The notes below the pieces were generated by a model. That model did no database searches. It was not told the origin of the DNA and was given only the letters and a program-made list of their open reading frames with translations. From Abditibacteriaceae bacterium (GTDB lineage: Bacteria > Armatimonadota > Abditibacteriia > Abditibacteriales > Abditibacteriaceae), in the NCBI GenBank assembly GCA_031425655.1, contig JANPJS010000100.1, forward strand, positions 1 to 29,543: a stretch of DNA of 29,543 bases, read 5' to 3'. The position numbers were made by a program, and so were the translations under genes. Shown here one piece after another: positions 1 through 7,747 of the stretch. Positions within the stretch are counted from its first letter, which is position 1; each line of letters starts with the position of its first letter.

Positions 1-3
1 GAG

Positions 4-20
4 GGCGATAGCCCCGCCCC
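4..20. repeat. REP-like hairpin, left inverted repeat of the RAYT gene
   Basis: GGCGATAGCCCCGCCCC matches the reverse complement of 598..614 at 16/17 positions; internal GGGC-GATA-GCCC mini-hairpin at 3..14. Probably truncated by the window edge. Confidence 0.65.
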
Positions 21-57
21 AATAACTTCGCTCCAATAGCCCCATTCTGAAAAAGCC

Positions 58-597
58 ATGAGCCAGCGTTTCAATCGGCCAGACAGTGCGGGAGTGTTGC
101 ACTACGTCACGCTCAACGTCCGCGAACGCCGACCAATTTTCTCGCGCGGAGCTTACGCCTCAGAGATTCTCGTCATTTTGCGTGCCGTTTGCGATGAATA
201 TCCGGCCAAACTGGTGGCTTATGTTGTCATGCCGAATCATCTGCACTTCATCGCGCATCCCAAAGATGGGCAGTTAAGCCATTTCCTCACACGCTTCAAA
301 CCGGCAGCGACTAAAGGCGTTGATGCTTTAGCCGCTATGAAAAATCATGAAAAAGCGCGGGCGTGGCTCCGCACTCCACAAGGACGCTCTCTGTGGCAAG
401 ATGGCAAGCACAGTCTGCATTTATGGAGCGAAAAATTAATCCGGCAAAAGATTAACTACATTCACGACAACCCGGTTCGCTCCGGCTTGGTAACGCAGCC
501 CGCTGATTATCCCTGGTCGAGTTATGGAGCCTTCGTGCCTGAGTCCGGGCATCGAATTCCTGTTGCTGTGGATTCGGATTGGTGGTGGGAAGAATGA
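58..597 (+). mobile_element. REP-associated tyrosine (Y1/HUH) transposase, RAYT / IS200-like
   Basis: N-terminal HYVT..R motif, AYVVMPNHLH (HUH motif), LWQ, catalytic-Tyr motif NYIHDNPVRSGLV and DYPWSS; flanked by inverted REP-like hairpins. Confidence 0.9.
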
Positions 598-614
598 GGA
601 GCGGGGCTATCGCC
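598..614. repeat. REP-like hairpin, right inverted repeat of the RAYT gene
   Basis: GGAGCGGGGCTATCGCC directly after the stop codon; inverted copy of 4..20. Confidence 0.65.
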
Positions 615-625
615 GCAACCAGCTT

Positions 626-667
626 TTCCAGCCCCGCCGCATCGCTCGCCACGATGTTGAGCGCGTG
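626..667 (-). pseudogene. Relic duplicate of the C-terminal segment of the LamG protein gene
   Basis: Translates HALNIVASDAAGLE versus QVLNIVANDVVGLE at 774..733; 29/42 nt identical by hand count, with many synonymous differences. Confidence 0.6.
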
Positions 668-669
668 AA

Positions 670-3600
670 TCAAAAACCGATGTTAGCTAAGACGCGGAGA
701 TAGGAGCCAAAAGCAATCTGTTGCACGCCTTGCTCAAGGCCCACCACATCATTTGCCACGATATTCAGGACTTGCCGCTCGCCGACGAACGGCGAAAACG
801 TGACGCTCACGCCGGACTCCGCACTCAGCAATCCGCCGCGCGATTGATCGTAAAGCAGCGGATTATTTTGCGTGTTGCCGAGCAGAATCAAATCGGCGTC
901 AATGGTTTTCCAGCGCGGGAATTTTTGCAAATCGAGCGGCTGCAAACTTTCGATAACATCGCCCGGCGCGAGGCTGCGAATCGTCGCGTTGCGGCCCTTT
1001 TGCGCATAATAATCGCTGAGCTTTTTCGCCACCGCTTGCATTTTGGCATCCGCCTGTTGTTCGGGCGTTAGCGCGATGACAAGCGGCACGGTTTTGCGAG
1101 CGACGAATTGCTTAAAGGCTTCGTAATCTGCAAGCGAAAATGACAGAGAGTGGAAAATTCCACCAGAACGCAATCCCATGCTAATTGTAGTGCGCGGCGG
1201 TGCCAGCTTGCGATTCAAAAGCGTGACAAACTGACCGTCGAGAGGAACCCTAGCCTCTGAGGCCGGCAAAGCGAAAACCGCGAAGCCGTCTTTGGTCAAA
1301 TCCACGCTTTGCGCTTCTTGCGGCGACAGCTTCTTGCCACCGCGAAGATCGTAAATCGGGCGCGTGGTATTCCAAATCAGCTTGCCCGTTTGCGGCTTGA
1401 CGACTTGGCTGGCGTTTTTGCCGTCTTCGTAGCCCCAGTTGACGACTGTGACGTATTGCACATCGCCTGTTTGGTGCGGAATGGCCCAAATCGTCGGCTC
1501 ATCGGAAGTGACAAAGGGCTTTTCAGCGGTATTTAGCGCCGCGCGCAGTTTTTGGATGTTGTCGCGGTTGCGCGCGAACAATTTCGGCGTCCAATCGGTG
1601 TCGGATTGCGGGACATAGGCGCGAATCTGCAAACCCGCCGCTGTCGCCGCGATGCCTTGCGGCACAACCGATTCGTCGTCGAGAATGATTTTTCCGCCGC
1701 CCGCGACGAAGGCTTTAAGCTGAGTTTCCAAGCCGTCCGACCACGCCCATGTTTCGTCGAAGCGATTTAATCCGGTTAACAGCAAAACCTTCATTTCCGG
1801 CGCTAATCCGCGCTTCAATTCTTCGGGCGTGACGATTTTCGCGGGCCAGCCGGCAGCGTGGCACAGCCAATAGGCTTCCGTTGTTTTGCCTTCGTGCGAG
1901 GCGCGCAAAATCTGATCGTCCGGCGCGTTGTTGTCTTGGTTGGCGCGGCGCAAAAGCGCTTGGGGATGCACGTAAAGCACGCCGACGCTGGCCAAAGGCC
2001 GCGTGCCTTTGTAAACGCCGCCGTATTTGTGAATCCACGAGAACAATTCTTTTTGTTCGGCGATAATTTGCGGTTTGGCTTCATCGCCCGTCGGCGCCGC
2101 TAAAAACGTGGTGCCGATGCTTTCGATGCCGCGTGTTAAAGCCAAAGCGTAAGCGCGTTGGCGCGCTTCTCGTCCGAAAAACAAACGAAAATCGTCCACC
2201 AAACCCCACGCGGCTTTTTCGGGATGATACGATTTCAGGCGGTCAATCAAAGCCGGCAAATGCATCGGCTTGGACGACGAAAGCTCGTTCCAATCGTAAG
2301 CCTGCATCACGTCCAAACCTTCGTGCATCGGCTGTCCGGGAACCGTGGCCCACGGCCAACCGCCGCGCCCGCCCACGCCCGGCGAACTTCCAAAACTGCC
2401 GCTGAAAAACTTCAGTTTCGGGTCAACGCCGCGCACCGCTTCGGCGAAGTAGCCGTATTGCTTGAACGTCGCATCGTAGCGCGCGATGTAATCCACAAAT
2501 TCGCGCGTCGTGGCCTTGCCGCCCATGTGTTTCGGCAGAGGAAATTCCAACCCCCCTTTGTCCCCCCTTGCCAAGGGGGGATTAAGGGGGGTCTGAAACT
2601 GCACGAAGGCTTCGCCCCACGGACGGTTGGGAATCGGCGGCGCCCAATCCCAGAACGAAACGTAGCCGCCGTTATCGGCGCCAATCGAAAGGCCGGCAAA
2701 GTTGGGATATTTCTTCAGCTTTTGCGCTGTCACCTGCAAATCGCGGTAAAGCGGCGCGTGATGGTCGGGCAAATTGGCCGCAAGAAACGCGATATTCGGA
2801 TTCGCCAAAAACGGGCGGCCCCAACTCGTGCCGGGAATAAAGCCGAATTGGATATTTTTTTCGTTCAGCGCGCGGGCGTATTCGTCGTTCCACTGCTTTT
2901 CCCACACGCCGTCAATGCCCAAATTCGCCAGATAATCGGCATATTGCGACACGCTGCCGGAGAATTTCTTCAGATGCTCGCCGCCGAAATAAAACGCGCC
3001 GCCGCCCATGCCGTGCGGCGGATTGATGGCGTAAATCGAAATCGGCGAACGCGGCGCGTTTGCATTGGCGATGGGCACGGTAGTCGGCGGCGCAGTCGCG
3101 GGCGCGGCGGCCAGCAACGCCAAATCGCGCACGCGCGGCGTAATGCCTTCGGGCGCGCGAACCGGCAGCGTGCCGTTCAAATCGGCCTGAACCTGCTCCG
3201 GCGTCAGCGCGGCGGCGTAGAATTTGGCTTCATCAATGAGGCCCTGAAAACCGGAGCGAGCGCCGCCGGGAAAGTCGCCGCCTTCTTCGTAACCGAAAAC
3301 AAGCGGTTCCCCGTTGCCGGTCAGTTTTTGCGGCGCTTTGGCGCGCTTGACTTGCTTGCCGTCCAAGTAAAAAACCACGTCGCCGCCGGGCGCGAAACTC
3401 ATCAGAACGTGCTGCCAGACGCCGGTTTTGAGGCGCGATTCGCTCCATTGCTGCTGCCACCCGCCGTCGTGCCCTTCAAAACCCCAGTTGGCATCGGGCG
3501 ACAAGCGCAGCGACCACGGTTTGGTCGTGTGCCAGCCGGCGCGCGTGCTGGCGATAAAGGCGCTGGTGTCGGGGCGCGGCATTCCTTCGGGACGAACCCA

Positions 3601-5358
3601 CGCGCTGAATGTCCACGCGCCGCCCGGCGATGTTAAAGCAGCCGCTTTTTCGACGATGGCGCGGGCTTTGTTGCCGTTCAAACGCAAAGCGTTGTCGCGC
3701 TTGCCGCCGCCATCGTAAAGTGCGCCGTCCTGCAATGTTCCATCAAGTTGCGACGGCCCGAAATCGAGCAAAATACTGGGATTTTTCGCCGGCTCCATCG
3801 GATAATATGCGGCTAAGGGAACAGCGCCAGCCTCACCCGAAAACGCCACGCTTTTGAGGCGCGTGGCCAGCACATCTTTGGCGTTTTGCGGTAACTGCAC
3901 GGCGCGCATGGCCGCTAAATCTTCGTCCCATTCTTTGGTGTTGCCAAAAGTCAGCGGCGCGTTGGAAACCGTGATTTTTGGCTCGCCTTCAAGGGTGAAA
4001 TTCACCGGAATCAACGCTTCTTTCGGCGCGCCGACAATAATCGGCTGCAAACCGGCCTCGAACGCAACCGCAGCGCGTCCGGCGACCGATATTTCATACT
4101 TTTTGCCGATTTCGCTTTGCGGCAACACCAAAGTCAGCGAACGCAGCGGCCCGGCGTTGCGATAAATTTCGCCGCCGTTATATTTCAAAACCACGTCTTT
4201 GACGGCATTTTCGCCCGCGCCTTTGATGAGAATAGGGAAAGTCCACAATTCGTAATCGTTGTGCCAGGTGCGCGCGGTGCGGTCGGTGGTGTAGGCGTAG
4301 CGTTGGCCCCACATCCACTGCACGGCGCGCAGCCAGTGATTGCCGGGCTGCAAAACCTGATCGTAAGTTTGTTGAAACAGCGGACGCTCTTGCCCTTTTT
4401 CGCGCAAGGGCAAGTCGCGGCGTTCTTCGCTGCTGGCCATGAAAACCGGCTTGCCATCTAAGGTGATTTGCGGCCAATCAAACGCGTCCGGCCCGGCAAC
4501 TTTTTGCGCGGCGCGGCGCGTGCGGCCATAACCTTCCTGCGCTCCAATCGGCTGATCGAAGCGCACTAAAGCCATGCTCACGGGATGACTGGGCGCCGGA
4601 AAATCTTCGTTTTTCGCGGCGCGCACCGGCACAGCTTGCCCGTTCATTTCAGATTGAATTTGCGCGGGCGATAAAGCGGCGGCGAACAGTTTTACTTCGT
4701 CCAGCGCGCCGCCAAACGGCCCGCGAAATGGGTCGCTGCCCAAAATGAAATCCTGATCATTGGAAGCTAAAGCGCGGCTCATTTTCTTAGACGCGACCTG
4801 TTTCGTGTTCACGAAAAACCGCGCTTCTCCGCCCGCCTCGTAAGTGAACGCCAGATGAAACCATTCGCCGGTGGGCGCAGCCTTCGGGTTGGAAAACAAG
4901 CTTTCCCAACCCGCTCCGTTGTTGCCTTCAAAACCGAGTTGCCCTTCTTTGCCGATGGACAAACTAAACGGCGCGGCCACGTTGTCGCGCCGCTTGGCGA
5001 TGATGCCTCCGGCATCTTTATAATCATCAATTTTCACCCACGCCGTGACGGTGAGTTTGTCGCCCAATTTTCCAATCAGGCCAACATTGCCGACAGCCGC
5101 GCGCGCATCGCCCGTCCGCGAAAATTGCAGCGCCTGCCCGACTTTGCCGGGCACAAACTTCGCGTCTTTGCCGATGGTGCCATTGAGTTTCAGAGGCCCG
5201 GCGTCGGTCAAGACCCCCCTTTCTCCCCCCTTGGCAAGGGGGGATGAAAGGGGGGTCGCGTTCGGTTCCAGCGGATAATGCGCCACAAGCGGCACGTCCT
5301 GCGCCCAAACAGGAGTCTGCAAAAGCAGGGCGGCGGTTAAACAAAGAGAGATTTTCAT
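670..5358 (-). CDS. Large secreted protein with two LamG-like jellyroll domains and a C-terminal region possibly of glycoside-hydrolase type
   Basis: Signal peptide (MKISLCLTAALLLQTPVWA). Two LamG signatures: TVTAWVK..WFHLAFTY..F.GALDEVKLFAAALS and TFSAWVR..WQHVLMSF..FQGLIDEAKFYAAALT. The C-terminal LKAFVAGGGKIIL resembles a GH42-type trimerisation/GATase-like domain (weak). Confidence 0.75.
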   Translation of the reverse strand: MKISLCLTAALLLQTPVWAQDVPLVAHYPLEPNATPLSSPLAKGGERGVLTDAGPLKLNGTIGKDAKFVPGKVGQALQFSRTGDARAAVGNVGLIGKLGDKLTVTAWVKIDDYKDAGGIIAKRRDNVAAPFSLSIGKEGQLGFEGNNGAGWESLFSNPKAAPTGEWFHLAFTYEAGGEARFFVNTKQVASKKMSRALASNDQDFILGSDPFRGPFGGALDEVKLFAAALSPAQIQSEMNGQAVPVRAAKNEDFPAPSHPVSMALVRFDQPIGAQEGYGRTRRAAQKVAGPDAFDWPQITLDGKPVFMASSEERRDLPLREKGQERPLFQQTYDQVLQPGNHWLRAVQWMWGQRYAYTTDRTARTWHNDYELWTFPILIKGAGENAVKDVVLKYNGGEIYRNAGPLRSLTLVLPQSEIGKKYEISVAGRAAVAFEAGLQPIIVGAPKEALIPVNFTLEGEPKITVSNAPLTFGNTKEWDEDLAAMRAVQLPQNAKDVLATRLKSVAFSGEAGAVPLAAYYPMEPAKNPSILLDFGPSQLDGTLQDGALYDGGGKRDNALRLNGNKARAIVEKAAALTSPGGAWTFSAWVRPEGMPRPDTSAFIASTRAGWHTTKPWSLRLSPDANWGFEGHDGGWQQQWSESRLKTGVWQHVLMSFAPGGDVVFYLDGKQVKRAKAPQKLTGNGEPLVFGYEEGGDFPGGARSGFQGLIDEAKFYAAALTPEQVQADLNGTLPVRAPEGITPRVRDLALLAAAPATAPPTTVPIANANAPRSPISIYAINPPHGMGGGAFYFGGEHLKKFSGSVSQYADYLANLGIDGVWEKQWNDEYARALNEKNIQFGFIPGTSWGRPFLANPNIAFLAANLPDHHAPLYRDLQVTAQKLKKYPNFAGLSIGADNGGYVSFWDWAPPIPNRPWGEAFVQFQTPLNPPLARGDKGGLEFPLPKHMGGKATTREFVDYIARYDATFKQYGYFAEAVRGVDPKLKFFSGSFGSSPGVGGRGGWPWATVPGQPMHEGLDVMQAYDWNELSSSKPMHLPALIDRLKSYHPEKAAWGLVDDFRLFFGREARQRAYALALTRGIESIGTTFLAAPTGDEAKPQIIAEQKELFSWIHKYGGVYKGTRPLASVGVLYVHPQALLRRANQDNNAPDDQILRASHEGKTTEAYWLCHAAGWPAKIVTPEELKRGLAPEMKVLLLTGLNRFDETWAWSDGLETQLKAFVAGGGKIILDDESVVPQGIAATAAGLQIRAYVPQSDTDWTPKLFARNRDNIQKLRAALNTAEKPFVTSDEPTIWAIPHQTGDVQYVTVVNWGYEDGKNASQVVKPQTGKLIWNTTRPIYDLRGGKKLSPQEAQSVDLTKDGFAVFALPASEARVPLDGQFVTLLNRKLAPPRTTISMGLRSGGIFHSLSFSLADYEAFKQFVARKTVPLVIALTPEQQADAKMQAVAKKLSDYYAQKGRNATIRSLAPGDVIESLQPLDLQKFPRWKTIDADLILLGNTQNNPLLYDQSRGGLLSAESGVSVTFSPFVGERQVLNIVANDVVGLEQGVQQIAFGSYLRVLANIGF
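2550..2592. repeat. Palindromic poly-C/poly-G element lying in frame within the CDS (copy 1)
   Basis: ACCCCCCTTTGTCCCCCCTTGCCAAGGGGGGATTAAGGGGGGT; read as TPLNPPLARGDKGG in the host protein. Confidence 0.75.
5212..5257. repeat. Palindromic poly-C/poly-G element lying in frame within the CDS (copy 2, opposite orientation)
   Basis: GACCCCCCTTTCTCCCCCCTTGGCAAGGGGGGATGAAAGGGGGGTC; its reverse complement closely matches copy 1; read as TPLSSPLAKGGERGV. Confidence 0.75.
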
Positions 5359-6542
5359 AGTTTTCCTGTGTCTTTCACATGAATCAGGCGAGGCGAAACC
5401 ACGCGGCGCTGAGGGCCGTCGGGAAGGCGTCCCGCCACGCGGTCGAGCAGCATTTTCACGAGTTCGCCGCCCATTTCTTCGTCGCGTTTGTCAACCGTCA
5501 CCAAAGGCGGCGCCGGAGAAAATTCGCGTTCGCTACAGTCGTGCCAAAAGTTGTCGTAGCCGGCAATCGCCACGTCTTCGTGCGGCGTTTTCCCGAATAA
5601 CAGGCACGCGGCAGACGCGGCCAATGCATCAATGTCGGTGGACATCAAAAGCGCATCTACTGGTCGCCGCGCCGAAAAAGGCTCGATAAAATAGCCTGCC
5701 AACTGCCGGACTCCACTTTCAAAGGAAGCGCGATTTCCGTGCGTAGGCGTGAACGGCGGCACGATTAAATCCGGCAGAGGCTCAAGGCCGGCTTCAGCTA
5801 AAGCGCGTTCGTAACCGGCGCGGCGGCGCGCAAACCAGTAGCCCTGAGCCGGCGCCGTCCACACATTGAGCAAGCGTTGCCGCCCCTGCGCCATGAGAAA
5901 GCGTGTCAGTTCGTAGGAACCCGCTTCGTGATCCGAAACCACGCGGTCGTAAGCGGCCAGTTGCGGCGCATCGCCGTAAACCACAAGGGGCACGCCGCGC
6001 CGCGTCAATTCGCGCGCCACTTTCAGCGCGCGATCCCATCGAGGATGCAATTCCGTAAACACCACGCCAAGCGGTTGTTCGTTGGCCAAACGCTCAACTT
6101 CACGGCCTACAAAGCGGTCGGGATGCAAAGCGAAAGCGTGCCTTTCCGCTTCACGAATAGCACGACCGGCACCCAATCCAATGTCGCGCCACCAACTGTG
6201 CGGCATTTGAGCATCCACCTCAATCGGCAACTGCGACAGCACCGCGATAGCATCGCACAGCAAGCCGGAAACGGCGGAATTTTTCCCGTATTTCTTTTGC
6301 TCGCTAACGAAAACCCCGGAACGCGGTCGGCTTTCGACAAGGCCATCTGTCACCAACTCGCGCAGCGCCGCACGCACCGTAATCGTGCTGACGCCGTAGT
6401 TCCGGCTGAGCGTATTGATCGAAGGCAAGCGCGCACCGGGCATCATTTCGCCGCGCGCAATACGCGCCTGCAAATCCTGCACGATTCCCTTATACAAGGC
6501 GGGCGTTGGGCTGGAAGATAATTGAACAGCATTCTCTTTCAT
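5355..6542 (-). CDS. GntR-family transcriptional regulator with a LacI/periplasmic-binding-protein-like sensor domain
   Basis: wHTH motif PGARLPSINTLSRNYGVSTITVRAALRELVTDGLV; C-terminal RRAGYERAL and DVAIAGYDN..LVTVD typical of LacI sensor domains; 4-bp overlap with the LamG gene start. Confidence 0.9.
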   Translation of the reverse strand: MKENAVQLSSSPTPALYKGIVQDLQARIARGEMMPGARLPSINTLSRNYGVSTITVRAALRELVTDGLVESRPRSGVFVSEQKKYGKNSAVSGLLCDAIAVLSQLPIEVDAQMPHSWWRDIGLGAGRAIREAERHAFALHPDRFVGREVERLANEQPLGVVFTELHPRWDRALKVARELTRRGVPLVVYGDAPQLAAYDRVVSDHEAGSYELTRFLMAQGRQRLLNVWTAPAQGYWFARRRAGYERALAEAGLEPLPDLIVPPFTPTHGNRASFESGVRQLAGYFIEPFSARRPVDALLMSTDIDALAASAACLLFGKTPHEDVAIAGYDNFWHDCSEREFSPAPPLVTVDKRDEEMGGELVKMLLDRVAGRLPDGPQRRVVSPRLIHVKDTGKL

Positions 6543-6551
6543 GAAATCGAG

Positions 6552-6565
6552 CTAAGTATACTCAG
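6552..6565. promoter_or_regulatory. Candidate GntR operator overlapping a minus-strand -10 box
   Basis: CTAAGTATACTCAG is 12/14 palindromic with a GTATAC core; contains TATACT on the minus strand just upstream of the GntR ATG. Confidence 0.35.
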
Positions 6566-6754
6566 ATTCCAAGTGAAATTACATATACACAGAGTAATGC
6601 GCATAATTTTGCCGGGCTGTGAAAAATCACAACCCGGCAAAATCGAATTTTTCAGTGGATGTAACCCATCGCACTGCATAACTCATGTTACGCGGTGAAG
6701 CTATGGTAGTGGTGCCAAGAGCCGCTTTGCGACTCGCTGCCTCGCCCAACCCAA

Positions 6755-6873
6755 GGCAAACGCATGAGAACCCCATCGCCTTGTGCTTGTGCTGCTTGTG
6801 CTGCTTGTGCTGCTTGTGCCACTGGCGATTCATGGCCGAGTGGCCCGTGCCGTAAACCCCTCATGCGTTTGCC
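6755..6873. repeat. 14-bp inverted repeat enclosing a 9-bp tandem repeat
   Basis: GGCAAACGCATGAG (6755..6768) / CTCATGCGTTTGCC (6860..6873); TTGTGCTGC x3 plus partial units at 6781..6819. Confidence 0.7.
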
Positions 6874-7429
6874 CCTTCCCCAACTGCGTAATATGAGATG
6901 GTAATACCTTGCGATACAATTCCAGCGCGCGGCGCACCGAAGGAAACGCGATTTCATCGAGGTCAATTTCCTGCGGATGCAGCCAGAGAATCGCGCTGAC
7001 TTCCGCGTCGTCGCCGGTCGTTTCCAGCGATGCGACTTCGCACACGAAAAAGAAATCAACGACGGCGTAAACGCTGTCCCTAAATTGATACTGATTGGGA
7101 AACGAGCACAAAAAGCGCACCGTCGTCACGTTTAAACCAACTTCTTCGCGCACTTCGCGGCGCACCGCTTCTTCGGCGCTTTCGCCTTCGTCCACAAAGC
7201 CGCCGGGAATGGCGAATTTGCCTTTTCCCGGCTCCTTCGCGCGACGAATCAGCAGCACGCGCCCGTTTTCATCCGTAATGAAGGCGCCCGCCGCCGTCGC
7301 CGTGTTGAGATAAAAGCCAAAGTCGCAAGCGCCGCATACGAAAAAACGCGATGCCTTCGCTTGGAGATTCGCGGCGCCACAGCGCGGGCAAAAACGAAAG
7401 TGATCTTGGATGTTTATGGCGTCAGTCAT
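6830..7429 (-). CDS. Nudix hydrolase with N-terminal zinc ribbon
   Basis: FCPRCG...CGAC zinc ribbon; Nudix box GGFVDEGESAEEAVRREVREEVG. Confidence 0.92.
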   Translation of the reverse strand: MTDAINIQDHFRFCPRCGAANLQAKASRFFVCGACDFGFYLNTATAAGAFITDENGRVLLIRRAKEPGKGKFAIPGGFVDEGESAEEAVRREVREEVGLNVTTVRFLCSFPNQYQFRDSVYAVVDFFFVCEVASLETTGDDAEVSAILWLHPQEIDLDEIAFPSVRRALELYRKVLPSHITQLGKGQTHEGFTARATRP

Positions 7430-7737
7430 CGCCCCTCAACTTTGCCGAGAATGGCTTCCCGCGGCACCCAGCCATCTACGCGTCCCTGTCGGCTACCGAT
7501 TAAAAAGAGGTTCTCGCGGCATTCCAAAATCATATGCAAAACAAAATGTGTATAATGTCGCCCCTTCACTTGCGCCAGCACAATATCGCCAACTTGTAGA
7601 TTACTCTCAACTGGAGTCAGAGTTACCCAATCCCCATCGTTGATAAGCCCAGTCATCGAGTCACCACGCGGCTGCACACGCACAGTTTCACCAGCTTGTA
7701 GCAGAGAAATGGCATCGGTAGCCCAGTTGCGGCGCAT
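7426..7737 (-). CDS. S24/S26 peptidase-like small protein
   Basis: GDSM catalytic-Ser motif, INDGDWV, GDIVLA. Start reassigned to the ATG at 7737, just after the ndh stop; 4-bp overlap with the Nudix start. Confidence 0.7.
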   Translation of the reverse strand: MRRNWATDAISLLQAGETVRVQPRGDSMTGLINDGDWVTLTPVESNLQVGDIVLAQVKGRHYTHFVLHMILECRENLFLIGSRQGRVDGWVPREAILGKVEGR

Positions 7738-7747
7738 TTTGGTCAAC

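Noticed and set aside
626..774. Diversity-generating retroelement TR/VR pair
   Set aside because: The differences are not adenine-specific and are largely synonymous; no reverse transcriptase is in the window.
2158..3636. 492-aa plus-strand ORF and similar long antisense ORFs (e.g. 15856..16689, 21145..21879, 8681..9409)
   Set aside because: Shadow ORFs opposite well-supported genes in GC-rich DNA, with no recognisable motifs.
6744..6760. GCCCAAC as the start of another attC
   Set aside because: It is not followed by the AAGGCGCTGCACC arm or a matching GTT box.
6627..6833. 68-aa ORF with HKQ repeats
   Set aside because: The repeats are just the translation of the 9-bp microsatellite; no other coding evidence.
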